The notes: generated by a model not told the origin, from the sequence alone. 64,000 nucleotides of DNA from Octopus bimaculoides (GCF_001194135.2 NC_068985.1:56228933-56292932), one strand, 5' to 3'. Numbered from the stretch's first letter, positions 50,641-63,400 are shown. Translations and numbers: made by a program.

Positions 50641-52015
50641 TATGCAGGGCAGGGAATCGTCAATTAGNNNNNNNNNNNNNNNNNNNNNNNNNNNNNNNNN
50701 NNNNNNNNNNNNNNNNNNNNNNNNNNNNNNNNNNNNNNNNNTTTGCCGGGTAGCTCAGTGTGAAAAAACCTTTTCGGTAAAAAAACATTTATAATCATAA
50801 ATATATAGGGATTGACAGTAACCTGCTTCTCCAACATACTGAGAATTCAGAAATAGCAGTCAAAGAACTACTGATTTCAAAACTACAAATTATTACTCCA
50901 GATTGATAGCGATATTTTTGATACACACAGAACAAAAAACAGTAGAGAAGAGTAAAAAAAACCACCTGCCTTTAGTTAATTTAGTACGATCGTTTCACAG
51001 TTAAGAGTAAAGAATACTCTATTCTGATCTTCAGCTAAATATTCTAATAAATTTGTTAATGTCTAAATAACTCACGTTAATTTTGACCATGCGAACATCA
51101 ATACCACGTGAGGAAGACGCTAAGAAATTTATTTTAGTTCCTTATTACAAAAGTAATAACTTAAATAAACTGAGTCAACTCCAGTACATTGCTGGTACTT
51201 ATGTCACCGTCCCCAAGTGAACCTGTCGAAATTTGATCTCAGGATGTAATGGTGAGGTGTGTGGAAACTAAAAACTATAAAGTGGTTGAAATCTCCCACC
51301 TTAGAAGCTACATAGAGTAAAATTAGCAGCATGCACAAACTGAGAGTAATTTCGAAAACTCCCTATACTCATTGCTCGATTAATTTCGAGAAAAAAAAAA
51401 TGACGACTGGAAAAGTTAAAAGCGTAGAAAACATGAGAAATTATTGTATATTTCCAGAGGGAGAAAATGTCAAAACATCTCAGTCAATTTTGTAAGCAAT
51501 TATTGGGAAATATGATTTCTTTTTTATCTAATCATCTTTGAAAATCTTTTAAACAAAACTATATTTCTGTGTTCATCTTGACAACCAATTAAATATTTTT
51601 AAAATTCCTGTGTTAGCGTATTCTTTGGCAGATTTGTATTATGGAATGAATGTTCTGATGATAATGAATGCAATAACGTTGATGCACTAGAAGAATATTT
51701 TCATTACAATTATTCCATCAGATCATAAACGGAGACCATGACATGACAATGTCGCATTATAGAATCTTTTTTAACGAAAAATCTTACTGAATGTCACTAA
51801 GAATTTTGTAAACGGAAATCATAGCTGGACGACAAAAAGAATTAAAAGTAATTAGTTACGCCAATTCCACGTATTTGAAATCAAATTTATTATTATAATA
51901 TTCATTTTCAAACTTCAAAATGTGAAATAAAGTACTTTTATTTTTAAAATCTGGTGATTGCTTTATGTTTACTTTCTTAAAATGTGATTACAATAGCAGA
52001 AATATTATCAAAATG

Positions 52016-52180
52016 TACCATATTTACTCATATAAAAGTTGCACCCCAAATTTAGTGTCAAATCTTGGTATAATCTTATCTTTTCATAGTTTTAGCTTTG
52101 CCCTCCATATATGATACACCCCAGTCTTCTAATACAAAATCAAGTTTTAAAGTGCTACTTATACATGAGTAAATGCAGTA
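52016..52180. mobile_element. Tc1/pogo-type MITE
   Basis: TA-CCATATTTACTCATATAAAAG ... CTTATACATGAGTAAATGCAG-TA imperfect TIRs with TA ends. Confidence 0.65.
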
Positions 52181-53349
52181 TATTAATTAGTCAATACGTA
52201 AGCAAAGAATTCCATTTAGTTCAGTGGCACACTCCCCATGAGCTTGTGTTAAAAATATCTTATCACAAAGCATCATTTGATAGGATTCTTAAAATACAAA
52301 ACTAATCTCCACACCACACAATTTCATGTGGTTCTGTTGAAGACATTAAATAAAATCTGACTGAGGTATAATCTGGAAGAATAAATCTTAATTTTATACT
52401 TGCTCTCAGCTTTTGATAAATCTCAATGTTGGAATTATCTTTTGTTTTGTACCGTTGGCTAAGGTCATGCTAAAAGAGGACTAATATATATTATGTAAAG
52501 TTCATTTTCTGGAAAGATAAAAGCCAACTTAACAGCAACTTAATTGGCATATCCTGAAATTGTATTGTTGAGATTGTTTCGAATCACATATGTCCATATT
52601 CTAATGAAAACACACTCCACACACACACATACACACTCCACACACACACACACACACACACACNNNNNNNNNNNNNNNNNNNNNNNNNNNNNNNNNNNNN
52701 NNNNNNNNNNNNNNNNNNNNNNNNNNNNNNNNNNNNNNNNNNNNNNNNNNNNNNNNNNNNNNNNNNNNNNNNNNNNNNNNNNNNNNNNNNNNNNNNNNNN
52801 NNNNNNNNNNNNNNNNNNNNNNNNNNNNNNNNNNNNNNNNNNNNNNNNNNNNNNNNNNNNNNNNNNNNNNNNNNNNNNNNNNNNNNNNNNNNNNNNNNNN
52901 NNNNNNNNNNNNNNNNNNNNNNNNNNNNNNNNNNNNNNNTTTTTTTATTTGATCAATATGTACGAATCTTTAAAGAATGAAATACCAAGTTTCAGTTAAG
53001 TATTGGCTCCAAAATTTGGCAATTGTGATAAGTGGCCAGAGGGGTTACACAGTAATATTTCACATCAAGAATAGTTAATAATATTAATTATGACAGAAAA
53101 GAACAAACGCGTCTCAATCAGACAGTCACCGCATGCTGAAATAAGAGGAGGAGGAAGAGGTTGCTAGAGACTGGTGGGAAGTAGCTTGAAGTGAGGGTGG
53201 CAAGGGAGACAAATGTGAACCTGACATGTATGTATGTGTGTGTGTGTGTGTGTATGAAGCTAATGTGATTGTGTGATTGTGTGATTGTGTGCGTGTATGT
53301 GTGTATTGTGCGTGTGCATATGTGTGTATGCTCGCGCTTGTGTGTTTGT

Positions 53350-53396
<47 letters not shown>

Positions 53397-53604
53397 CACA
53401 CGTGCACGCACACGCAATATTTCACAACTTCTGTGACGCGAAAACCATGTCACTATATAGGATATAAATATTTATAGAAGAGATGTGAGTTCTGCTAAGT
53501 CATCTGACTTAAAACCCATTCTGTTACATTCCAGTCATATATTTATATAAAATTAGAAATAATTACTCAGTGACGAATATGTTTTGTAATATCAGTTCAT
53601 CTAC

Positions 53605-53775
53605 AAATATTGGTTTCAAATTTTGTGACAAGGCCAGCAATTTCGAGAAAGGGGTTAGGATGAAAGACAAAGTTGGCCTCGGTAGAATTTGAACTGAGAA
53701 TGTAAAGACAAACGAAATACCGCTAAATATTTTTTGTACGGCGTACTAACGATTCTGCCAGTCTGCCGCCTTAGC
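53605..53775 (-). mobile_element. SINE family B with internal deletion
   Basis: Reverse complement GGCGGCAGACTGGCAGAATCGTTAGTACGCCG...TTCTCAGTTCAAATTCTACCGAGGCCAACTTTG. Confidence 0.85.
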
Positions 53776-55989
53776 TCATTTACTAATATTATTACATTCG
53801 TTCAAGCAATTAAAGGAAACAACTTCAGGACACATATCAGATTTATTGGTGAAACATATACTTCACTGAAATTGTCCTATCAACTGATATGTGATTTTTT
53901 ATTTGACTAGATGCAATTAATTAGTATATCTTAGAAAATAAACCACTGACGTTAGTTATTCAGAAACTTTAACCCATTTGTAAAGGTTTTGTTATGAAGA
54001 ATAAAAGCAAGGGTCTGGCAAAATCAGTTGAGTACTCGACAATATACTTTGTGGTATCAGAGTTCAAACACTGCTGAAGTTGACTTTGCATAATTAGATA
54101 TTATTTAATTTTTGCCGAAAAGTCTGAGTCACAAATACGCAAATTAGGTTATACATCAGAGTCCTACTTTAACTTATAGCTGCTTTATATATCAGGTGAC
54201 TGATATACACCGACATTAAGAGGGTTTGGCTATGGGTTCGCCATTATCACCGATAATAGCCAATATATACATGTCGATATATAACTGACTGGCACGTCTT
54301 ATATGAGGGGCGTTAACAAACCGAGAAACAGACTACCAGGAGACTCTTTTTTCCCATACATTAACAGTACAGAAACAAAATGTTTACGTTCTTATTTCAT
54401 CACCTGTATGATGCAAAGACAGATATTATCACCGGTTTAATTACGATTGTAAATGAATGTAAATACATTGGACCCTGAAGGCATGAGAATGTCAGTGACA
54501 GGATACGAACCTCAATCTTTTGAAACGGTACTCGCTCCAACTCAACTCCTCAGCAAACTGTAATCATTTGCCATTTATTGAAAGGAAAACATAAAACAGG
54601 AAACAACACCAGTAAACAATAACATGAATTTATTGTCTTCGTGTTGGGCATTTGCCCATTGGTTTGTTTGTTAGTGTGCGCATGTTTGTATTAAATGTGC
54701 GTATGTGCGTTTAGATATTTATTTATACTTTTCCCGTTTTCAGTCATTATATTGCGATCCTATAAATATATATGTGTATGTCAATACTAAAGTTTTTTAT
54801 GGGTGTGTGTGTGTACGTATATATATATATATATNNNNNNNNNNNNNNNNNNNNNNNNNNNNNNNNNNNNNNNNNNNNNNNNNNNNNNNNNNNNNNNNNN
54901 NNNNNNNNNNNNNNNNNNNNNNNNNNNNNNNNNNNNNNNNNNNNNNNNNNNNNNNNNNNNNNNNNNNNNNNNNNNNNNNNNNNNNNNNNNNNNNNNNNNN
55001 NNNNNNNNNNNNNNNNNNNNNNNNNNNNNNNNNNNNNNNNNNNNNNNNNNNNNNNNNNNNNNNNNNNNNNNNNNNNNNNNNNNNNNNNNNNNNNNNNNNN
55101 NNNNNNNNNNNNNNNNNNNNNNNNNNNNNNNNNNNNNNNNNNNNNNNNNNNNNNNNNNNNNNNNNNNNNNNNNNNNNNNNNNNNNNNNNNNNNNNNNNNN
55201 NNNNNNNNNNNNNNNNNNNNNNNNNNNNNNNNNNNNNNNNNNNNNNNNNNNNNNNNNNNNNNNNNNNNNNNNNNNNNNNNNNNNNNNNNNNNNNNNNNNN
55301 NNNNNNNNNNNNNNNNNNNNNNNNNNNNNNNNNNNNNNNNNNNNNNNNNNNNNNNNNNNNNNNNNNNNNNNNNNNNNNNNNNNNNNNNNNNNNNNNNNNN
55401 NNNNNNNNNNNNNNNNNNNNNNNNNNNNNNNNNNNNNNNNNNNNNNNNNNNNNNNNNNNNNNNNNNATATATATATATATGTACATATATATATATATAT
55501 ATGCACACACACACACATATATACGTACATACCTATACACACACACATATATGTATGTATATATATATATATATATGCAGTATACCTGCACATATATACG
55601 AGCACATATGCAAACACATAGTTCACACAGCACATAAAATACTGCAATACCCAATAAACAAACGTTATTTCTGTTCTGAATAGATTCATTAATATTGCAA
55701 TGACTGCAGTAAACAAATCAATTGTATATATGTGTTTATGTATAATTGCCTCTGTTTATATTTCTATTTCTTACCGACCATATAACAACAACAGCAGTAG
55801 CAGTTGTTGTGGCAAATGTAGTTATTGTTATTGTTGTACCGTTTTAGTTACAGTACATTGTTGGAGATTATGTTAGTGGAAAGTCGATATCAACCGGAGA
55901 TAAACGATTCACACAAACTTAATATTATCACTTTTAATATTACTGCTGTTGTTGTTTACGTTATTAATTATTGCACCTGTCAAGATTTG

Positions 55990-56085
55990 TGGGTTGGCAA
56001 AATCAGTTAGAACGCCAAGAAAGAACTTGTCATTCGGTATTTCCTCAAGGTCTTTACGTTCTGAGTTCAAATCTCACCCTGGTTA
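55990..56085 (+). mobile_element. SINE family B head, degenerate
   Basis: TTGGCAAAATCAGTTAG...TTACGTTCTGAGTTCAAAT. Confidence 0.55.
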
Positions 56086-56424
56086 ATTGCGTATTTACTT
56101 AGAAGTGGAGTTAAGAGTGAGAGGGAAAGTCACTAAGTTACTGAAAAGGTCGCAAAAAGCGATGAAAGAACTTTGCTTAACAAACAACCAATTGATTATT
56201 TAACCAACACATTAAACAAACGATTGATTAGTTGGATAGGTTTTTAACTAACTGACTAACGATAAAGAAGTGAAATTGAAACCGTGCGTGTGTTATTATT
56301 ATTACTATTAGTATAATGACTCTCTCAGGACAAATTGTTTCAGTGCAGGAATTCACATAAAAAATCTTGCAAAAATCGACTTCTTTCTGTCAAAATTGTT
56401 GATCTTGTGTTTAAATTAGAAACT

Positions 56425-56628
56425 ATAGCTAGCAGAATAGTTAGCACGCCGTGCAAAATACTTAGTGGCATTTCGTCCGTCCTGACTTTCTGAGTTCAAA
56501 TTCCACCGAGGTCGACTTTGCCTTTCAACCTTTCGAAGTTGATAAAATAAGTACCTGTTAGGAAAAGGGTAGATATCATCGACTAGCTCCTTCCTCGCAA
56601 ATTTCAGGCTTGGTGCCTATAGCAGAAA
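56425..56628 (+). mobile_element. SINE family B, first of a head-to-tail pair
   Basis: GCAGAATAGTTAGCACGCCG...CTGAGTTCAAATTCCACCGAGGTCGACTTTGCC...AAATTTCAGGCTTGGTGCCTATAGCAGAAAG. Confidence 0.9.
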
Positions 56629-56910
56629 GGCGGCGAGCTGGCAGAAACGTTAGCACAACGGGCGAAATGCTTAGCGGTATTTCGTCTGCCGTTACGTTCT
56701 GAGTTAAAATTCCGCCGAGGTTGACTTTGCNNNNNNNNNNCGTTCTGAGTTAAAATTCCGCCGAGGTTGACTTTGCCTTTCATCCTTTCGGGGTCGATAA
56801 ATTAAGTACCAGTTACGCACTGGTATCGATGTAATCGATTTAATCCCTTTGTCTGTCCTTGTTGCCCCTCTATGTTTAGCCCCTTGTGAGCAATAAAGAA
56901 ATAAGAAAGG
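56629..56910 (+). mobile_element. SINE family B, young full-length copy with alternative 3' tail and (ATT)n
   Basis: GGCGGCGAGCTGGCAGAAACGTTAGCAC...GGGGTCGATAAATTAAGTACCAGTTACGCACTG...AATAAAGAAATAAGAAAGG(ATT)n. Confidence 0.95.

Positions 56911-56973
<63 letters not shown>
56911..56973. repeat. (ATT)n
   Basis: Directly visible. Confidence 0.95.
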
Positions 56974-56976
<3 letters not shown>

Positions 56977-56992
56977 CAGTAGTCTTATTTTT

Positions 56993-57082
56993 ATCACGTG
57001 TTTTCATTGCACTACCGAGTGCAGCTCTGTGTGCCTTGGGTATGTGCTGTGGTTTGCTGTGATGCTCTTATGGTTACTGTTT
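56993..57082 (-). mobile_element. R4/Dong-like 3' UTR, family X (runs into gap)
   Basis: Homologous to the 3' UTR at 58367-58455. Confidence 0.8.
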
Positions 57083-57586
57083 NNNNNNNNNNNNNNNNNN
57101 NNNNNNNNNNNNNNNNNNNNNNNNNNNNNNNNNNNNNNNNNNNNNNNNNNNNNNNNNNNNNNNNNNNNNNNNNNNNNNNNNNNNNNNNNNNNNNNNNNNN
57201 NNNNNNNNNNNNNNNNNNNNNNNNNNNNNNNNNNNNNNNNNNNNNNNNNNNNNNNNNNNNNNNNNNNNNNNNNNNNNNNNNNNNNNNNNNNNNNNNNNNN
57301 NNNNNNNNNNNNNNNNNNNNNNNNNNNNNNNNNNNNNNNNNNNNNNNNNNNNNNNNNNNNNNNNNNNNNNNNNNNNNNNNNNNNNNNNNNNNNNNNNNNN
57401 NNNNNNNNNNNNNNNNNNNNNNNNNNNNNNNNNNNNNNNNNNNNNNNNNNNNNNNNNNNNNNNNNNNNNNNNNNNNNNNNNNNNNNNNNNNNNNNNNNNN
57501 NNNNNNNNNNNNNNNNNNNNNNNNNNNNNNNNNNNNNNNNNNNNNNNNNNNNNNNNNNNNNNNNNNNNNNNNNNNNNNNNNNNNNN

Positions 57587-57639
57587 TTCTTCTTCTTCTT
57601 CTTCTTCTTCTTCTTCTTCTTCTTCTTCTTCTTCTTCTT

Positions 57640-57710
<71 letters not shown>
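57587..57710. repeat. (TTC)n(TTA)n
   Basis: Directly visible. Confidence 0.95.
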
Positions 57711-57712
<2 letters not shown>

Positions 57713-58253
57713 GTTTAAATTTTGCTTTGTATATGTACAAGTTGGCTCCAAGTCTCACAACAAGTTAGAAGTTCATGTTGGTGGTATGCCTAGAGTGCCA
57801 TATATTTGGTTTTGCACATAGTATTGTCTTACAAAATGTTTAAGAAAACAAGAAAATTATGAGTTTGTTTCAAAATTTGTGATTACATAGACAGTATTTT
57901 ACGTAGGATATGGGTAGTTCCCATCAGCACTATCTTTTGAATTTTTGCTATTTTGGGGTTTCCTGGTATCTGAGCTATGTAGCAATCAATCCCTTTTGCT
58001 ATCATTTGAGGGCATCTATGACAACAAGTATTGTTTTAGTTTTGAGGTTCCACATATTCCCAATGTCCATTTCAAGATATTTGTACTTGCTCAGTCTTTG
58101 GTAGGTCTTGACGGATACATTTATATCGATTAGGACAGTCATATCAATGAGGAGGCAAGATCTTTGTCTGAAGTCTGTCAAAATAATGTCTGGCCTATTC
58201 GTATCTATCTTTCTGCCAGTTTGAATGGTGAAAGCACTGGAAATAATTTGTTT
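57711..58253 (-). mobile_element. R4/Dong-like 3' fragment, family Y
   Basis: QTGRKIDTNRPDIILTDFRQRSCLLIDMTVLIDINVSVKTYQRLSKYKYLE; its 3' UTR matches 61220-61411. Confidence 0.92.
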
Positions 58254-58287
58254 ATCATCATCATCATTATCATCATCATCATCATCA

Positions 58288-58366
<79 letters not shown>

Positions 58367-58677
58367 CACGAGCTTTCACTGCACTATCGAGCGCAGCTCT
58401 GTATGCCTTGAGTATGTGCTGCGGTTTGTTGTGATGCTCTTATTGTTACTGTATTGAAAGTGTTTTTCGTAGAATGTGTGCGATGCCTATTAGTGCTATT
58501 TTCTGTAGGTTTTATATACTTGTTAGCCCTGGTGTTTTTTTAATGTATTTGTCTGAATATTTTGTATCTTACTTAACGCGCCTACCATGAGAAGAATTCT
58601 TTCTGTTTTTAGACTCCACATTCGAGTTATCTCTATTTCCAGGTCTTTGTATTTTTATAGTTTCTCCACTTCTTTTA

Positions 58678-58679
<2 letters not shown>
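58367..58679 (-). mobile_element. R4/Dong-like 3' fragment, family X
   Basis: KYKDLEIEITRMWSLKTERIL.VGAL...KIALIGIAHILRKTLSIQ-stop, then 3' UTR and (TAA)n. Confidence 0.88.
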
Positions 58680-58771
<92 letters not shown>

Positions 58772-58772
<1 letters not shown>

Positions 58773-60219
58773 TCTCTTTATCGCAGGTTTTTTTGAGAGC
58801 TCCTGTTATCCATTCTTTTCAGCTATCTAATACTTTCGTGATTATTCTGGCCGTGCCAAGCAGGCAAACCTTTTGTAACAGTTCTACTGGGCACTCTATT
58901 CCAATTTCCTTTATATTCTCCTCGACGCCTTCTGATACTGTTCTCAAGGACCCAACAATAATTAGCATTTCTTCACCTTCTTCATTTCCATACGCGGGCT
59001 ATTTCGTACTTGAGAGGGTTGTATTTATCTATCTTTCCTTCTTGACTATTCTTGTGTGTAAGGGGCATGAAGCATCAACAATATAGCATATGTGGTGCAC
59101 TTTGTCCAACACCGCTAGGTCCGGTCTGTTATGCTTTAGCACCTGACCTGTTTGGATTAGGAAATCCTAAAGGATTTTGCTAGTCTCTGACTCCATCACT
59201 CTCTGCAGTTTGTGCTCATACCACGGCTTGCCTCTCTCTAGCCCCCACTTTTCGCACAATTTTCAATGTAACACATTCGCTACCTGATCGTGTCGCCACA
59301 ACTTGTAGTGGTTTTGGGCAAGTCTAGGCTATCCATTCAGATGAAACACAGTAGAGACAATTGCTCATTCCTAAGGTTGACCCTCCAGTTTGTGGCCTAA
59401 GCTTGGTCTTGTGCTGCTAGTATAGTGCTCTCGGTCTCGTTTTCAGTGTTCCTTTCATCAGCCAATCTAACTTATTTTTTTCCAGTAACTTCTGATGTGG
59501 CTGCATGGAATTGATTGTGTAGTTCCTTCTTGCATAATACTTCTACATGTGCTTTTTGTACTTCTTGCTTTGTTTTTCTTTTTTCTCTGCTCTCAATACT
59601 CCCTAGTTCCTAACTGTCACTAGCAAGGTTTCCTTATTTCGGGCTAGGTATTTCATTAAGCTCTCGAGTTAGTTACACACGCAGTCTTCCGGACTTATCA
59701 GACCCCTTCCTCCATTTGCTCTCTCCATATATATGCGATCAGTGTCCGCACGCGGATAATGAGATCCATGCATCGGAAGAAGCTTTCCTGTCCTTCTTTT
59801 TTAGTTCCTCCTCTGTCCACTTCAGGATTCCTGCGACTGCGTGCGAGTTTACTGCCGACATTATGTTTCTGACATTTAGCTCTGAAGCCAATATTTTTCT
59901 CACTCGCCGCAAGTACTCTCTTTTTGTCTTTTCTTTCACATTGTGGTGTTTGATTCCATCTGCCTCAAGTATTCCTAGGTATTTATAGCTGGACTGAGGT
60001 TGAATTGCCATCATCATTTCACCTCTTGGTCACCATATGCCTTCTGTTCTGAAAAAGCTTTCCTCGTCTCATCAGCATCGTAGCATATTTTGAGAATCTA
60101 AACTCCATCTTAATATCATTGGAGAAAATCCGCACAGACTGGACTATGCTGTCCAGTTCTGTCTCAGTTTTTGTGAATAGCTTCAGGTCGTCCGTGAATA
60201 GCAAGTGGCTCTTATTCCT
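58772..60219 (-). mobile_element. R4/Dong-like LINE, family Z (RT core to endonuclease)
   Basis: SHLLFTDDLKLFTK, YKYLGILEADGIK, EYLRRVRKILASELN, WRHDQVANVLH, HNRPDLAVLDK; decayed. Confidence 0.92.
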
Positions 60220-60235
60220 TAATAATAATAATAAC

Positions 60236-60300
<65 letters not shown>
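60220..60300. repeat. (TAA)n
   Basis: Directly visible. Confidence 0.95.
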
Positions 60301-60301
<1 letters not shown>

Positions 60302-61411
60302 GGCAGATATAGAACGTCTTTATCTGCCAAGAAAAGAGGGAGGCCGTGGACTTCTACAGCTGGCATTAACAATGAAGGNNNNNNNNNNNNNNNNNNNNNN
60401 NNNNNNNNNNNNNNNNNNNNNNNNNNNNNNNNNNNNNNNNNNNNNNNNNNNNNNNNNNNNNNNNNNNNNNNNNNNNNNNNNNNNNNNNNNNNNNNNNNNN
60501 NNNNNNNNNNNNNNNNNNNNNNNNNNNNNNNNNNNNNNNNNNNNNNNNNNNNNNNNNNNNNNNNNNNNNNNNNNNNNNNNNNNNNNNNNNNNNNNNNNNN
60601 NNNNNNNNNNNNNNNNNNNNNNNNNNNNNNNNNNNNNNNNNNNNNNNNNNNNNNNNNNNNNNNNNNNNNNNNNNNNNNNNNNNNNNNNNNNNNNNNNNNN
60701 NNNNNNNNNNNNNNNNNNNNNNNNNNNNNNNNNNNNNNNNNNNNNNNNNNNNNNNNNNNNNNNNNNNNNNNNNNNNNNNNNNNNNNNNNNNNNNNNNNNN
60801 NNNNNNNNNNNNNNNNNNNNNNNNNNNNNNNNNNNNNNNNNNNNNNNNNNNNNNNNNNNNNNNNNNNNNNNNNNNNNNNNNNNNNNNNNNNNNNNNNNNN
60901 NNNNNNNNNNNNCAGACATCATACTGAAAGACTTCAGATAAAAATCATGCCTCCTCATTGATATGACTGTCCCAATCGATATAAACGTATCTGTCAAGAC
61001 CTACCAAAAACTGAGCAAATATAAAGATCTTGAAATAGAAATTAGAAAAATGTGGAATCTGAAGACTAAAACAATACCTATTGTCATAGGTGCCCTGACA
61101 GCGAAACGGGCTGATTACTACCTAGCTCAGATACCAGGAAACCCCAAAATGGCTGAAGTTCAAAAGATAGTGCTCATGGGAACTGCCCATATCCTACGTA
61201 AAATACTGTCTATGTGATCTCAAATTTTAAGACAAACACATAATTTTCATATGGTTTCTTAAACATTCTCTAGTACAACACTATGTAAAAATCCAAATAT
61301 ATGGTACCCTAAACATAACACCTACATAAACTTCTAACTTGTTGTCTCTTGAGGTCTCTGGGTAAGACTTGGATCCAACTTGTACAAATGCAAAACAAAA
61401 GTCAGGCATAA
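60301..61411 (+). mobile_element. R4/Dong-like LINE, family Y, 5'-truncated, spans gap
   Basis: ADIERLYLPRKEGGRGLLQ before the gap; PDIILKDF..SCLLIDMTVPIDINVSVKTYQKLSKYKDLEIEIRKMWNLKTKTIPIVIGAL...HILRKILSM-stop after it; (TAA)n on both sides. Confidence 0.92.
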
Positions 61412-61430
61412 AATAATAATAATAATAATG

Positions 61431-61485
<55 letters not shown>

Positions 61486-61489
61486 TAAT
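61412..61489. repeat. (TAA)n
   Basis: Directly visible. Confidence 0.95.
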
Positions 61490-61490
61490 A

Positions 61491-61710
61491 AAGCGGTGTG
61501 CTGGTAGAATCATTAGCATATCGGACAAATTAGTGGCATTTCATCTGATCTCATTTATGAGTTTGAATTTCGTCGAGGTCGACTTTGTCTTTCATCGTTT
61601 CGGGGTCGATAAAGTGAGTACCAGTTGAACCCTGGGATCGATGTAATCGAGTATTCCCTTCCTCCAAAATTTCAGGCCTTCTACCTATATTAGAAAGGAT
61701 TATTATAATA
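61491..61710 (+). mobile_element. SINE family B
   Basis: GCTGGTAGAATCATTAGC...GAGGTCGACTTTG...TTTCGGGGTCGATAAAGTGAGTACCAGTTG...AAATTTCAGGCC...AGAAAGGATTATT. Confidence 0.88.
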
Positions 61711-62019
61711 ATAGAGTGAGGAAATTTGTTTTCATTCTCCTTTCACAGCATGCTTTATTTAAGTTCTACTGAATGAAATTTTCTTTGGAGTACTTATAAA
61801 AAAGAACTATATTGAACTTAAGGAGTGGGGTACACAGCACAAAAGAAATGTTTCATAAGCTTTTAAAATATCATTTACACACGTTACATTTTCGCATCTA
61901 CAATAACTAAAACACATTATTACGTTTCACAACAAAACACCACAATAGCTGAAAAACAAAACAAAATCAAATCCTACGTCTAAATGTATGAAAGAATAAA
62001 ATGAACTGTGTTGTTCATC

Positions 62020-62225
62020 TTTTATATTTTACTTGTTTGACTGCAGCCGTGCTGGGGCACAGTCTTGAAGAGTTTTAGTGGAACAAATCGACCCCAGGAG
62101 GATCTATTTTAAAGCTTCTAAAGTCTGGTACTTATTCTACCGGTATCTTTTGCCGAACCGCTATGTTAGGGGGACGTAAACACACCAACGTCGGTTGTCA
62201 AGCGGTGGTGGGGAAAGCACAAACA
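62020..62225 (-). mobile_element. SINE family A, 3' half
   Basis: Reverse complement CCACCGCTTGACAACCGACGTTGGTGTGTTTACGTCCCC...GCGGTTCGGCAAAAG...AGAATAAGTACCAG. Confidence 0.85.
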
Positions 62226-62763
62226 TAAAACGATCATAAAACGACGAAAATGAGTGTGGATGAACAATTTATATAAATTAATTTCCTCAGGGACAATTAT
62301 GAAGAAAATGCAAAGGACGTGTATGAACTTGGATTTACCATTCTACGAAAATAAAACAAGCAAATAATTGGGAAAATTAGTATCGTTGGTGCTACGAGTA
62401 CTCTGAAGATATTTTAATAGTTCAAAAATAGTTAGGCTCAAAATATAAACAACATGCAAAAGATAGACTACTAGTAAAATTAAAATTAAAATTAAGATAA
62501 TGTATGCTATTTAAAAAGAACTTTCAGCATCAAATATATCAGGAATGCTCAGCGGTGGATTCGGTTACACTCAAACACTGTTTGAGAAATGGTTAGCTGA
62601 ATCGGTTGTGGAGTACTCAACATAACCTAACCAGTAATCTTCCATGTTTTATTTTTAGGCTACATCTTGTTTTAATTATTGCGTATTTTTGTACATTATA
62701 CTTATTTCCTTGCAATTTTGTCTGTATGCATACATTTGTGCATATGCATGTATGTATACGTAT

Positions 62764-62803
<40 letters not shown>

Positions 62804-63189
62804 ATAAATATATATGTGTGTGTGTGCGCGTGTGTGTATCTGTGTGTGCATGTGTGTACTAGTGTATACTTGGGGGTTTGATGGAATTCTTATTTCTCTT
62901 ATAAATCAAGTATCTAGTAGCTATCTTCTATTCTTTTATATCAAAAGTATATACTGAGACGCGATGTATGTATTACAGGTCGTTCAGAGGCAACACTTCC
63001 TGTTAATATTGTTAGTATTGTGTAGTTTTGCAGTATATGTATCCCTGCATAACTTTCTGCTGCTGTAACGAGTGTTTCCCTCTCAAGTTTATATTCAACT
63101 AGGTTAGCTCAGCAACCTTTGCTTCACAAGTAACAGTCATATCTATTCAGAATTTCTTTACTCCCTCTAAAGAAGTTATTGTTTCACTG

Positions 63190-63400
63190 TTGTGTACACA
63201 AGAGATTCACTCATTTCTCTTTTAACTGTTCAATAGATTTTTATCTAAGTAGTACGTTGCCTCCAAATGTTCATGTTGTAGTCGGAAATAACGATTCTGC
63301 CATAAGAATGTGGGTGATATCAAGTACACTATTAGCAGCTGTCCCAAAATATCTGCATAGTACTCCCATCCTATGAGACCCCAAGTAATTTACAATGTTA
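63190..63400 (+). mobile_element. Highly decayed R4/Dong zinc-knuckle fragment
   Basis: Translation RFCHKNVGDIKYTISSCPKISA.YSHPMRP resembles RLCGVNTEDITHIISSCPKMS.RYYLPMRH at about 28235-28325. Confidence 0.55.

Noticed and set aside
52445-52520. Minus-strand acceptor-like TTTTATCTTTCCAG and a nearby GT
   Set aside because: All three frames contain stops within the putative exon.
56695-56776. Exact 36-bp direct repeat around a 10-N gap
   Set aside because: Typical contig-overlap scaffolding artefact inside one SINE.
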